64,000 bases of DNA from Trueperaceae bacterium (GTDB lineage: Bacteria; Deinococcota; Deinococci; Deinococcales; Trueperaceae). The stretch spans positions 3,968,001 through 4,032,000 of the forward strand of contig OZ243913.1 of the NCBI GenBank assembly GCA_965213705.1, given 5' to 3'. Positions 1 to 9,700 of the stretch are shown one piece after another; position 1 is the first letter of the stretch; every line of letters begins with the position of its first letter. The position numbers were made by a program, and so were the translations under genes. The notes beneath the pieces are model-generated. The model was not told where the DNA came from and made no database searches. It saw only the letters and a program-made list of their open reading frames with translations.

Positions 1-1315
1 CCTCTTAAAGACCCTCGGGCTGGCGGCGCTCATGGCGCACAGCGGCTTGTTCGTGGCGGCGAGTCGCCAAAAACCACCTACGCTGCCGTTTTTGGACGCC
101 CTGCTGACCGACATCGGCGACGAGCAGAGCATCGAGGCGAGTCTGTCGACCTACGCGGGCCACCTACAAAACCTCAAGGCGATTGCCGAGGGCGCAACTC
201 AAAACGTCCTCGTCCTTATCGACGAACTCGGCTCGGGCACCGACCCGGCCGAGGGCGCGGCCCTGTCGCAAGCGATTTTGGAGCGGGTTTTGCAAAGCGG
301 CGCGAAGGGCCTCGTCACCACGCACTTGGCCCCCTTGAAAGTGTTCGCCTCGGAGACAGGGGGCGTGCAGAACGCGGCGATGAGCTTCGACGTGGCGCGC
401 TTGCGCCCGAACTTCAGCCTGCTGCTGGGCCAGCCCGGCCGCAGTTACGCCCTCTCGATTGCCGAGCGCATCGGCTTGTCCGGCGACTTGTTGGAGCGCG
501 CCGCAGACATCTTGGGACCGGAGGGTGAAAAACTCGAGTCCCTCCTCGAAACTTTAGAAGGCCAGCGATTAGAACTCGAGCGCCAAGTCCGCGAGGTCGG
601 CTCGGCCCGCGACCAGGCCGTGCAAGAGGCGGCCGTCTTGCGTGAGCAAATAGACACCCTGCGCGCCCGCGAGGCGGAAGTCATCGCCGCCGCCGCCGAG
701 CGCGCCGAGGACATGCTGCAAGACACCTTGCAGCGCGCCAAAGAACTCAAGCGCACCGCCACCACCAGTCCCGAGGGCCGCTCCAAGGCCTTGGAAGAAC
801 TGCAAGAGCTGCGGAAGACGGCTCGAGCGCAGGCGCGGCCCGCGCCGAAAGCTGCGAGTGAAAAACCCCGCGCAGACCTGCAACCCGGCGCACTCGTGCG
901 TGTCGCCGACTACGACGCCGAAGGCCCCGTGGTCGAACTGCGCGGCGACGACGTGGTGGTGCAACTCGGGCTGCTGAAAGTCGAGGTGCCTAAAAAGAGC
1001 GTCAAGCTCGTCAAGGAACCCGAGGCCAAGGTCAAAACGGCTGCGGGCGCTTACGCCGCGCCGAGTCGCTTCGAGAGCGAACTCAACATCCGCGGCGAGC
1101 GGGTCGAGGCGGGGCTGGAAAAAGTGCGCGACTTCGTCCTCGAGGCCAAAGCCTTAAAAGCGCCTTCGGTGCGCATCTTGCACGGCAAGGGCACCGGCAC
1201 GCTGCGCGACGCGGTGCGCAACTACCTGAAAGACGAAAAACTCGTCGAGCGCTACGAAGACGCCGTACCCTACGAGGGCGGGCACGGCGTGACGGTGGCG
1301 TACCTGAGAAATTAG
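1..1315 (+). CDS. mutS2: MutS2 endonuclease, C-terminal part (5' end outside window)
   Basis: MutS ATPase motifs (DIGDEQSIEASLSTY, LIDELGSGTDP, TTH), coiled coil, C-terminal Smr domain (ILHGKGTG...GGHGVT). Confidence 0.95.
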   Translation, partial: LLKTLGLAALMAHSGLFVAASRQKPPTLPFLDALLTDIGDEQSIEASLSTYAGHLQNLKAIAEGATQNVLVLIDELGSGTDPAEGAALSQAILERVLQSGAKGLVTTHLAPLKVFASETGGVQNAAMSFDVARLRPNFSLLLGQPGRSYALSIAERIGLSGDLLERAADILGPEGEKLESLLETLEGQRLELERQVREVGSARDQAVQEAAVLREQIDTLRAREAEVIAAAAERAEDMLQDTLQRAKELKRTATTSPEGRSKALEELQELRKTARAQARPAPKAASEKPRADLQPGALVRVADYDAEGPVVELRGDDVVVQLGLLKVEVPKKSVKLVKEPEAKVKTAAGAYAAPSRFESELNIRGERVEAGLEKVRDFVLEAKALKAPSVRILHGKGTGTLRDAVRNYLKDEKLVERYEDAVPYEGGHGVTVAYLRN

Positions 1316-1339
1316 CGCGATTTACGCTAAAGTAGAGAC

Positions 1340-1567
1340 ATGCCTAAGACGATTCAAAATTGTAACGTGCCGGACGACCTCCACCGGCGGCTCAAGGTCA
1401 GGGCGGCCGAGTTGGGTATGACCTTGTCCGGCTACTTGCTTAAGGAAGCTAAACAGGCGGTCGAGAGACCGACCTTGCAAGAGATGATGGAACGGCTCGC
1501 CAAGAAAAGACCGGTGCAACTCGGTGAGGACCCTGTTGTGACGATTCGGCGTCACCGGGACGCTTGA
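1340..1567 (+). CDS. FitA/VapB-like ribbon-helix-helix antitoxin
   Basis: IQNCNVPDDLHRRLKVRAAELGMTLSGYL RHH-like motif; overlaps downstream PIN gene; TAAAGT 6 nt before the ATG. Confidence 0.8.
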   Translation: MPKTIQNCNVPDDLHRRLKVRAAELGMTLSGYLLKEAKQAVERPTLQEMMERLAKKRPVQLGEDPVVTIRRHRDA

Positions 1568-1970
1568 CCGGCGAAAGCTTAGCATTTGTCGTAGACGCTT
1601 CTGCGGTAGTCGCCCTCCTTTTAACCAACCGTCCGCAACACGTTTGCGTCAAAGGTTCGTCGAGGCTGACAGTTTACACGCCCCTCACTTACTCGACCTG
1701 GAAGTTGCGCAAGTATTGAGACGGGCTGTGCTGAGAGGTTCTTTGTCCAACGCAGAGGGCGAACAAGCTTTGTTGGAATACACTCTTTTGAGAATCTTGA
1801 AATATCCCCATCGACCTCTTTTAGAACGCGTTTGGCAACTCAAAGCCAACGTGTCCGCCTACGACGCCGCTTGTCTAGCCCTGGCCGAGGCGCTGGCCGC
1901 ACCGCTCCTTACGCTCGACGGGCGGCTGGCTCGAGCACCCGGCCACACCGCCGAAGTAGAATACGGGTAA
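1564..1970 (+). pseudogene. vapC: VapC PIN-domain toxin with a 1-nt frameshift near 1619-1624
   Basis: The TTG-1564 frame gives the PIN N-terminus FVVDASAVVALLL; the rest (HAPHLLDLEV...SAYDAACLALAEAL...LLTLD) is in another frame. Confidence 0.8.
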
Positions 1971-2035
1971 CCGCGGGACATTTACCTCTCGCCAGCTTCC
2001 GCCCAACCGCTTATAACCGACTAAGGAGTGATGGC

Positions 2036-3391
2036 ATGAACGTTCAAACCCCCGTCGGCGGCCCGCGCTTTTACCCGGTCGTGGGCAACTTGCTAGAGCT
2101 GGCCCAAGACCCCACTAGCTTTTTTCTGACCGCGCGGCGCGAGCACGGCGACCTGTTTCGCTACCGGTTCGGCCCGCGCACGGTGTATTTGGCCGCGCAC
2201 CCGGACGCGGTGAAGCACGTGCTCTTGGACAACAACATCAACTACCGCAAACACAGCGCCTACGACAAGGTCAAACCGCTTGTCGGCGAGGGGTTGCTCA
2301 CCAGCGAGGGCGACACCTGGCTCGCCAACCGCCGCTTGGCGCAACCCGTGTTTCACCGCCAGCGCATCCAGAATTTCGGCGCGATGATGGTGACGGAAAC
2401 CCTGCGGATGCTGGACGAGCGTTGGGAGGGGTACGCGCGCAGCGGCAAACCCTTCGACCTGCTGCCGGAGATGATGCGGCTGACCCTGACGGTCGTCGGT
2501 CGGGCGCTGTTCAGCCGCGACCTGAGCGGCGAGGCCCATAAAGTCGGCGAGGCGCTGAGTTTCGCGCTCGAGCACAGCAACAAACGCAGCTTGTCCGTCG
2601 TCAACGCGCCGGCCCACTGGCCGCTGCCGGCCAACCTCCGCTTCAAGCGGTCGCTGGCGGCGCTCGACAACCTTGTCTACGGCATGATTCAAGAGCGGCG
2701 CGCGGGTGGCAAGGACCAGGACGACCTGCTGTCGATGCTCCTCCACGCTTCAGACGCCGACACGGGCGAGGCCATGAACGACCGCCAGCTCCGCGACGAG
2801 GCGATGACCCTCTTTTTGGCCGGTCACGAAACGACCGCCAACGCGCTCGCCTGGCTTTTTTACCTGCTGTCGCAGCACACCGCGGTGACGCGCAGGCTTT
2901 TGGGCGAGACAGACGCGGTGTTGCAGGGCCGCGTTGCCACGCTGGACGACGTGCCTAATCTGCCCTACGGCCGCATGGTCGTCGACGAGGCGCTGCGTCT
3001 GTACCCCCCCGCCTGGATTATCGGACGGCACACGCTCTCTGCTGACCGCTTAGGCGGCGCGGACATCCCGGCCGACACCGACGTGTCCATCAGCCCGTTC
3101 GTGACGCACCGCCACCCGGACTTTTGGGACAACCCGGAAGGCTTCGACCCCGAGCGTTTTTCGCCCGAGCGCAGTCGCGGGCGGCACCGCTTCGCGTATT
3201 TTCCCTTCGGCGGCGGGCCGCGGCTGTGCATCGGCAGCAGCTTCGCGCTGCTGGAAATGCAGCTTACGCTGGCGACGATTTTGCAACGTTTCGAGCCACA
3301 ACTTGTGAGCGGGCATGGGGTCGAGCCTCACCCCGGCATCACCCTACGGCCCAAAAACGGCGTGCTGATGACGCTGAAGCGGCGAGGTTAG
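2036..3391 (+). CDS. Cytochrome P450
   Basis: AGHETT I-helix, EALR (ExxR), PERF, FGGGPRLCIG heme motif; AAGGAG SD before ATG 2036. Confidence 0.95.
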   Translation: MNVQTPVGGPRFYPVVGNLLELAQDPTSFFLTARREHGDLFRYRFGPRTVYLAAHPDAVKHVLLDNNINYRKHSAYDKVKPLVGEGLLTSEGDTWLANRRLAQPVFHRQRIQNFGAMMVTETLRMLDERWEGYARSGKPFDLLPEMMRLTLTVVGRALFSRDLSGEAHKVGEALSFALEHSNKRSLSVVNAPAHWPLPANLRFKRSLAALDNLVYGMIQERRAGGKDQDDLLSMLLHASDADTGEAMNDRQLRDEAMTLFLAGHETTANALAWLFYLLSQHTAVTRRLLGETDAVLQGRVATLDDVPNLPYGRMVVDEALRLYPPAWIIGRHTLSADRLGGADIPADTDVSISPFVTHRHPDFWDNPEGFDPERFSPERSRGRHRFAYFPFGGGPRLCIGSSFALLEMQLTLATILQRFEPQLVSGHGVEPHPGITLRPKNGVLMTLKRRG

Positions 3392-3393
3392 CC

Positions 3394-3451
3394 AGACCCC
3401 TCCGCCCTTCAACCCATCCTCCCCTAAAAGGGGAGGATGGGTTGAAGGCGG
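3394..3451. repeat. REP-like element (AGACCCC...CTCCCCTAAAAGGGGAG) forming a 20-bp perfect hairpin between convergent genes
   Basis: ccttcaacccatcctcccct-aaa-aggggaggatgggttgaagg at 3406-3448; core shared with copies at 6860, 12379, 12457 and 14409. Confidence 0.8.
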
Positions 3452-3467
3452 CTCAGCTCAGAAAGGG

Positions 3468-3887
3468 CTACTCGAACCCGAACGCCTGAAGGATGGCCTG
3501 AGGCACCCGCTTCGGGCGGCCGCTGCCCGGTTCTATCCACACCCATTCGGTCAGGACTTCGACCAAAAGTTCATCCGTGGTTGCAAGCCGCACCTCGTTG
3601 TGGCGCAACCCCCGCGGCCCGCCCAGCTGGGTGATGCGCGTCGAGACGCGTAAAACGTCGCCGAGTTTGGCGGGCCGGTAATAAGTGATTTCGTGTCGCC
3701 GGATAATCGGCACTGCGCCGTGCGTCTTGAACGCTGCGAGCGTCAGTCCTTCACGCTCCGAGTGGGCGCGGCCGCAGGCCTCGACGTACATCAGGTAGAC
3801 GGCGTTGTTGACGTGCTCGAGTTCGTCCAGGTCTTCAGGCGCGACCTTGACGGTGTGTTCGAAACGGGCGCGGGCGTCGGGTTCCAT
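3468..3887 (-). CDS. Acyl-CoA thioesterase (4HBT/hot-dog fold)
   Basis: DLDELEHVNNAVYL motif; TAAACT 7 nt before the ATG. Confidence 0.9.
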   Translation of the reverse strand: MEPDARARFEHTVKVAPEDLDELEHVNNAVYLMYVEACGRAHSEREGLTLAAFKTHGAVPIIRRHEITYYRPAKLGDVLRVSTRITQLGGPRGLRHNEVRLATTDELLVEVLTEWVWIEPGSGRPKRVPQAILQAFGFE

Positions 3888-3989
3888 GAGCCTCAGTTTA
3901 AACGGGCTGCGCAAGTCCGGCGCAACCTCCTCGGGCCCGGCTGACGGTTTCCTGACCGACAGCGCCGCACTTGCGCGTTAGTATGGCGC

Positions 3990-4700
3990 ATGGACACTCT
4001 CGAAAAACAGTACGTCATCGACGCGCTCGCGGTGGATTCGTGGCGCTTGTTTAGAATTATGGGCGAGTTCGTGCAGGGTTTCGAGGACATGCAGGGCGTC
4101 GGCAAGGCGGTCACCATCTTCGGCTCGGCCCGCTTTACAACCGACCATCCCTACTACGAAAAAGCGGAAAAGCTCGCCCGCGAGCTTGCCGAGGCGGGTT
4201 ACGCGGTGTTGACCGGCGGCGGTCCCGGCATTATGGAGGCGGGCAACAAGGGCGCTTATCAGGCGGGCGGCCGCAGCTTCGGACTCAACATCGACCTGCC
4301 CCACGAGCAAGATCCCAACCCCTACCAAACCGACGAAATCAAGTTCCGTTACTTTTTCACTCGCAAGGTCATGTTGGTGAAATACTCGACCGCCTTTGTG
4401 ATTTTCCCCGGCGGGTTCGGCACCCTGGACGAAATGTTCGAAGCCCTGACCCTCATCCAGACCAAAAAAATCAAGCCGTTCCCGGTCTACTTGGTCGGGA
4501 TAGAATACTGGAGCGGCCTCCTCGAGTGGCTCAAAAACACCCTCTGCAGCATGGGCACCGTCTCACCCGAAGACCTGGACCTGTTCAAAGTTTTGGACGA
4601 CGTGGCGGACATCCCCGAGGAAATCGACAAGTATTACCTGAGCGAAAACCACGGCGGCTTCAACAAGCCTTCAGAAGTCAGCTCGAGCGAGGGCACGTAA
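3990..4700 (+). CDS. LOG family nucleotide phosphoribohydrolase (TIGR00730)
   Basis: FGSAR, TGGGPGIMEA and PGGFGTLDE motifs. Confidence 0.92.
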   Translation: MDTLEKQYVIDALAVDSWRLFRIMGEFVQGFEDMQGVGKAVTIFGSARFTTDHPYYEKAEKLARELAEAGYAVLTGGGPGIMEAGNKGAYQAGGRSFGLNIDLPHEQDPNPYQTDEIKFRYFFTRKVMLVKYSTAFVIFPGGFGTLDEMFEALTLIQTKKIKPFPVYLVGIEYWSGLLEWLKNTLCSMGTVSPEDLDLFKVLDDVADIPEEIDKYYLSENHGGFNKPSEVSSSEGT

Positions 4701-4754
4701 CCTTTTCGCTTCTCGGGGTGCGCGCCCTAGAAACGGACCCACCTACACGCGAAG

Positions 4755-4778
4755 GACGCCCTCAGTTCTGAGGGCGTC
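4755..4778. terminator. Hairpin between convergent genes
   Basis: gacgccctcag-tt-ctgagggcgtc inverted repeat; no clear U-tract. Confidence 0.5.
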
Positions 4779-4812
4779 GGGACTGGTTCAACATCTCTGT
4801 TTTCGGCGGGAC

Positions 4813-5016
4813 CTAAACCTCTTCCCCGTCCCCGTCGGCGGGATAAGCGTCGTCGGGCAGAGGTTTTTGGTCCTCCGGGTCCATGTTCACTTCGGCCCCG
4901 TGGCCGTAGGTAGGGTCGAAACTTTTGCCGCCCTCGTAGCGGTTGCGGGCGACGTCTTTGTCTTTGTCGTGATAGTCCTGCTTCGGGTCGTAGTTTTTAG
5001 AGTTGGTGTCCGGCAT
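4813..5016 (-). CDS. Small acidic hydrophilic hypothetical protein
   Basis: 67-aa D/E-rich ORF with host-like codon usage. Confidence 0.65.
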   Translation of the reverse strand: MPDTNSKNYDPKQDYHDKDKDVARNRYEGGKSFDPTYGHGAEVNMDPEDQKPLPDDAYPADGDGEEV

Positions 5017-5333
5017 GGTGTACCCCCATCGGTATGTTCAACAGAGTGCTGCGGTCGCGGCGTCCGAAGACGCTTGTGGGCTGCTCGAGCCCGGTGCTCG
5101 GGCAAAATCAGTCTAGCACGCGCCGCACGGAACTTGCCCCGGCCAACTGCTTTGTGTACAATGCAAGTTAACCCTCGCCACATAAATGTAGGGTAGTATA
5201 CTCATACCAAGGTGCGAACCACACTCGTCTCCAGTGCCCTTCCTCCAACGTCGGTAGAGTCGACACCATTACTTTGTACACGGTTGTTCACAGTTGGGCG
5301 CGTTCGTGGCATTCTCGAAACCAGGAAGGGTCT

Positions 5334-5588
5334 ATGCTCCACAGGTTCAGCGAACTTAGTCAGCAGGTCGAAGTCACTTCGGCGAGGTTGGAGCGGTTGT
5401 TGGACGACTACGGTTTGTTCGTAGATACCGACCAAGCCAAGTTTCTCAAAGGCTACTTGCGCTCGCTGCGCTTGGATTTCGAGATGGCGATGACGCGTGG
5501 TGAAGAGTCGCAGTTGCAACTCATTTTGGAAGACGTCGACGACCTGCTGAACGACGCTTCAGTACGCCTCAAACAGTCCTTAAAGTAG
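5334..5588 (+). CDS. Hypothetical helical protein
   Basis: ATG 5334 after a purine-rich SD (AGGAAGGG); amphipathic helical sequence. Confidence 0.65.
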   Translation: MLHRFSELSQQVEVTSARLERLLDDYGLFVDTDQAKFLKGYLRSLRLDFEMAMTRGEESQLQLILEDVDDLLNDASVRLKQSLK

Positions 5589-5606
5589 CGGCCTGACAGC
5601 TATAAA

Positions 5607-6719
5607 TTACTCTCCCGTGTAGGGCGGCATGGCCCTGGCGCCGAACACTTGCGCGGCGAGGGTGTAAATGGCTTGAGGCTCCAAACCTTTGCCCAAGTAC
5701 ACGTCCCCTTTCCAAATCTCGACGTGCGGGTGCGGGTCGTCCTCGGTGTTTTGCGCCGCCTCGAGGGTGCCCGAATTGCCGGTCGCGCCGACGACTTGCC
5801 CTTGTTTGACGGCGTTGCCAACTACTACCTCGCCGGAAATGCCCGACAGGTGCGCGTAGCGCGTGACGAAACCGCCCGCGTGCTCAATCCACACCTGACG
5901 GCCCCGCAACTTGTCGAGGATGTCCGGCGGCGTGTTGAGGCTGCGCTTGGCGGCGTCGATAACCTGGTTGTACTGCTCGAGACTGTTTTCGACGTAGCCG
6001 TGGTCGGCGCGCACCACCACGCCATCGGCGACCGCGCTGATGGGCGTGCCGTAAGAAATAGGCACGCTCACCGAGCCGCCATAAAAGTCGAAGCCTTCGT
6101 GGGTGCCGTTGCGGTAGGCGCGCGGCGCGCCGGGCAGGTGGTTGGCGCGTGAACTTATCGTTGCGCCCTCGACCGGCACCACGTAAGCGCTCGGCCAAGC
6201 GGGGTCGAAGGGCTCGTCGGTAAGTTCTTGCAGCCGGTTGTAGAGTTCGCTGCTCATGGCGCTGTTGCCGCGGGCCAAGTCGGCGGCGCTCTGAGCGTCG
6301 GCGTTGCGTAAACTCGGGTCGGCGGCGGCGTTCATGAGGTGCAGCGGCACGGCTAAGTTTTTGGCGTCCCGCGCGGCGTACATGAGCGCGGTCCAGCCCG
6401 CGTCGGTCTGAGCGTTGACGTCCGCGCCCGCCTTTAACAGCGTGTCCAGCACGGCCGGGCTGTCGCCTTCGCTGGCCGCGTACATAAGCGGCGTTTGGCC
6501 GTACTCGTCTCGAGCGTTCAGGTCGGCTCCGGCCGCGATTTTTTCAGCCACCGCGGCGGTGTCGTCCGTTTTGGCGAGGGCGAACAGGTTGCGCGTCGGC
6601 GCGCTCGCCGTTTGGGAGGCGGGCAAAAAGGGCAGCTCGAGCACCTCGAAACGCCACAGCGCAAAAGCCGCACCTACCAAAAGGAGCAGGGTCAGGATGA
6701 TTGCCGAAAAAACTCTCAC
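5607..6719 (-). CDS. Membrane-anchored ankyrin-repeat plus M23 metallopeptidase fusion
   Basis: N-terminal TM; ankyrin repeats (GQTPLMYAA, GWTALMYAA); M23 motifs HEGFD, YAHL, HPH. Confidence 0.88.
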   Translation of the reverse strand: MRVFSAIILTLLLLVGAAFALWRFEVLELPFLPASQTASAPTRNLFALAKTDDTAAVAEKIAAGADLNARDEYGQTPLMYAASEGDSPAVLDTLLKAGADVNAQTDAGWTALMYAARDAKNLAVPLHLMNAAADPSLRNADAQSAADLARGNSAMSSELYNRLQELTDEPFDPAWPSAYVVPVEGATISSRANHLPGAPRAYRNGTHEGFDFYGGSVSVPISYGTPISAVADGVVVRADHGYVENSLEQYNQVIDAAKRSLNTPPDILDKLRGRQVWIEHAGGFVTRYAHLSGISGEVVVGNAVKQGQVVGATGNSGTLEAAQNTEDDPHPHVEIWKGDVYLGKGLEPQAIYTLAAQVFGARAMPPYTGE

Positions 6720-6859
6720 GTCTCAGGTTATAACCCGTCCGCCCTGCCAGGGGATGAGACGAAGCTAACTTTGGGGCGGAGGAAAGTACCGAGTACCGAG
6801 TTGAAAGTGACAACAGTTCCAGGAGCGATTGAGACGTACCAACGCGCAAGTTCAGAAGC

Positions 6860-6896
6860 AGACCCCCACAGGGCCACCTCCCCTAAAAGGGGAGGT
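6860..6896. repeat. REP-like element copy
   Basis: agacccc...acctcccctaaaaggggaggt palindrome. Confidence 0.75.
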
Positions 6897-7020
6897 AAGG
6901 TCAAGACCGATTTGTCTCAATGTCAAGTGGAAGAGTTATTAGTTTTTGGTTCTCAGATTAAAAACGAGTAATTAAGACCTTTCCCCACCCGAACTGAAAC
7001 TTTTATGTCAGACTGGAAAC

Positions 7021-7515
7021 GTGATTGTTTTGCTGATGGGCGTGTCGGGCTCGGGCAAGACGACGGTGGGCGGCCTGCTCGCCGCGCGTTTGGGCTGGCC
7101 TTTTTTCGACGCCGACGAGTTTCACCCGCAGGCCAACATCGCCAAAATGGCCCGCGGCACCCCCCTGACCGACAAAGACCGGCAGCCCTGGCTGCAGGCG
7201 ATTCGGGCCAAGATGGACGCCCTGGAAGCCCAGGGCCGCTCGGCCGTGCTGAGCAGTTCGGCCCTCAAACAGGCCTACCGCGACCTGCTCTTGGGCGGTG
7301 ACGACGGCGTCAAGCTCGTCTACCTAAAAGGAAGTTACGACCTCTTGAAAGACAGGCTCGAGGCGCGCGAGCAGCACTTTTTCAAGCTCGAACTTCTCGC
7401 GAGCCAGTTCGAAGCGTTGGAAGAACCCCAAAACGCCCTGGTCGTCACGGTGGACAAAAGCCCCGCCGCCATTGTGGAGGCAGTTTTAGAGGCGCTCGAG
7501 CTGTACACAGCCTAA
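7021..7515 (+). CDS. gntK: Gluconokinase
   Basis: MGVSGSGKTT P-loop, DADEFHPQANIAKMARGTPLTDKDR, SALK..YR. Confidence 0.92.
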   Translation: MIVLLMGVSGSGKTTVGGLLAARLGWPFFDADEFHPQANIAKMARGTPLTDKDRQPWLQAIRAKMDALEAQGRSAVLSSSALKQAYRDLLLGGDDGVKLVYLKGSYDLLKDRLEAREQHFFKLELLASQFEALEEPQNALVVTVDKSPAAIVEAVLEALELYTA

Positions 7516-7566
7516 AATCACACAACCTAAATAGAGCATCGACAGAGCCCAGTCTCAGGAGCCGCC

Positions 7567-8019
7567 CTAGTCTTTTTCGCCGGCAGCTTCGCTCAGTTTG
7601 TGCCGCAGGCCGTGCAAGGTCTCTACAAGTTGTTGGGCCTCGGGTGCGGACAAGTCCAGCGCACAGGCCAGGGCCTCGGGTATGTCGCTTGCGCGCTTTT
7701 GCAGGGCTCTTCCCGCAGGGGTCAACGAGATGACGACGCGCCGCTCGTCTTGGTCGTCGCGCCGGCGTTTGACGAGACCGGCACTTTCCAAGCGCTTCAG
7801 CAGCGGCGTCATAGTGCCCGAGTCGAGACCGAGGCGGGTGCCCAGCGCCGCGACCATGAGGCCGTCTTGTTCCCACAACGCCAGCATCGTAATGTACTGC
7901 GGATAAGTCAAGCCGAGCGCTTTGAGAAGCGGCCGGTAAAAGCGCGTCACCGCGTTGGACGTCGCGTAGAGCGCGAAGCAAAGCTGGTCGTCGAGCTTGG
8001 TAGAAGCGGATGTCGACAT
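7567..8019 (-). CDS. ohrR: MarR family regulator (OhrR-like)
   Basis: LDDQLCFALY with the redox Cys, LTYPQY, LDSGTMTPLLKRLE. Confidence 0.85.
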   Translation of the reverse strand: MSTSASTKLDDQLCFALYATSNAVTRFYRPLLKALGLTYPQYITMLALWEQDGLMVAALGTRLGLDSGTMTPLLKRLESAGLVKRRRDDQDERRVVISLTPAGRALQKRASDIPEALACALDLSAPEAQQLVETLHGLRHKLSEAAGEKD

Positions 8020-8201
8020 CTTCTTGGTGATTATATAGGTCTCGGCCGAAAAAGGTGTTCAGTTACCGGCATTGGTAGAAAGGGCCGGAAAAAGTGTGGG
8101 CGCGAGAGCTGGAACAAGCGGCGTGGCGACACTTCCGACGGGTGCGGCGACCGTGACAGGTCAGACCCGGACGCAGCGCGTGGCTCTGCTAAACTGAGCC
8201 G

Positions 8202-8426
8202 GTGTTCGAAATCCTGGCCGGCGACGTTTTTGTGGTGGACGGCGACCTTCTCACCGTGTTCAAACTGCGCGTCGGCGTGGTAGGTGACCGCGTCGACACG
8301 TTCGTCCACTTTTCCTACCGTGGCAAGGTCAAGCTGCGGCCTGCGGAAAAGTTTTGCGGCTGGCTCGGCGCGGGTTTGGAAAACGGCACGGTGAAAAACC
8401 TCAACCGCGAGGCCGATTTTTTCTGA
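8202..8426 (+). CDS. Small hypothetical protein, probably leaderless
   Basis: 74-aa ORF; TGC-TAAACT -10 (8190-8195) 6 nt before the GTG. Confidence 0.55.
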   Translation: MFEILAGDVFVVDGDLLTVFKLRVGVVGDRVDTFVHFSYRGKVKLRPAEKFCGWLGAGLENGTVKNLNREADFF

Positions 8427-8478
8427 GGGGTTCTCACAGGGCTGTCTTAACTCGGGTGAGAGATAACACGGCTTCCGG

Positions 8479-8696
8479 TACTACAGCTCCCCTTGGAAGA
8501 GTTGTTCGCTTCCTTATCGCTAGTCCGTGTTTTTTTCGCCCTGCTCGCATTTGATTCCGAAGAAATGAAACGGAAAAGGTACAAGCGCGGAGAATGGCGA
8601 ATGCAGAAGGGGAACGAGGCGGCAGTCTGTGTTTTGCAGTCCGACTCCCGACCTCCTCGTTCAACAGCTTCAGCCTGCGCTTGAAATGAGTTGTAG
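8479..8696. repeat. MITE-like repeat; 8479-8581 recurs inverted at 51392-51495
   Basis: ~103-bp match at ~87% (hand-aligned); imperfect terminal inverted repeats CTACAGCTC (8481) / GAGTTGTAG (8688). Confidence 0.65.
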
Positions 8697-8704
8697 GTTT
8701 GTTC

Positions 8705-9664
8705 TTACGAAGCGTCCAGCACCCCCCGCGCCGCCACGTCGTCGGTGACGAGCACGTCGGCGTAACCGCCGCGCAACGCGCCGCCGAGCGCCGCTGTCTT
8801 AGCCGCGCCCCCCGCGACGACCACGACGGTCGGAATCGCTTTCAGGGCGTCTAAGCCGATAGTCACGGCCCGTTCGTTGACGCCCGCCGCCACGGGACGT
8901 CCGTTTGGACCGTAGAACTGCGCGCAGACGTGGCCGGTCGCGCCGGCTTTTTTGAGTCGTCCCAAGTCTTTTTTGCTCAAGTAACCCTTAAAAATGAGGC
9001 CGGAGGCGTCGGCGGTCAGCGGGCCGACGCCGGTGAGTACGATATCGGCCTTTTTCGCCGTTTGGATGAGGTCTTTCACAAGCGGTTCTTGCAGCAACCG
9101 GTCGCGCGTCTCCGCGCTCTCGACCATCAGCGGGGCGTGCAAGTAGCGGTAGGTCGCCGAATACTTGTTGGCGAGCTGGCGCGCTAAGTCGGGGCCGTCT
9201 TGCAGCGGGTTCCCCGAGCCGAGCGCGCCGATGATTTGCAGCACGGTCAGGTCTTTGAGCGGGCGCGGCGCGACTTGGCTTACGGTGCTGGCGAGCGAGC
9301 GGCCGTAAGACACGCCGAGCACCAGGCCGCTGCGGATGACGCCTCCCAAGTAACGTGCCGCTAAGTAACCCAACCCGTCTATGGTCTCGGCTTCGGTGCG
9401 CCCGTCGGAGCGGAGCACGAACCCCTGCTCCAAGCTGAAAGCATTTTTGAGGTCGCGCTCCAAGGCACTGTCGCGCACCCACTTGTACTGAATGGTTATT
9501 TTGACGACGCCCTTATCTCGAGCCTCTTTCAGCAGCCTCGAGACCGTCGAGCGCGAGGTTTGGAGTTGCCGCCCGATTTGCGCCTGGGTCAGTTGCTCTT
9601 CGTAGTACAACTTGGCGACTTCGACCAGCAAGCCGGTGTCGTCGTCGGAGGGTGGGTTGTTCAT
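8705..9664 (-). CDS. SorC/DeoR family sugar-binding transcriptional regulator
   Basis: VAKLYYEEQLTQAQIG...SRSTVSRLL HTH plus sugar-binding domain ending LVTD. Confidence 0.92.
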   Translation of the reverse strand: MNNPPSDDDTGLLVEVAKLYYEEQLTQAQIGRQLQTSRSTVSRLLKEARDKGVVKITIQYKWVRDSALERDLKNAFSLEQGFVLRSDGRTEAETIDGLGYLAARYLGGVIRSGLVLGVSYGRSLASTVSQVAPRPLKDLTVLQIIGALGSGNPLQDGPDLARQLANKYSATYRYLHAPLMVESAETRDRLLQEPLVKDLIQTAKKADIVLTGVGPLTADASGLIFKGYLSKKDLGRLKKAGATGHVCAQFYGPNGRPVAAGVNERAVTIGLDALKAIPTVVVVAGGAAKTAALGGALRGGYADVLVTDDVAARGVLDAS

Positions 9665-9700
9665 GCGCTTGTGGGTCTCCAGTCGTGAGCTTACAGGTTC

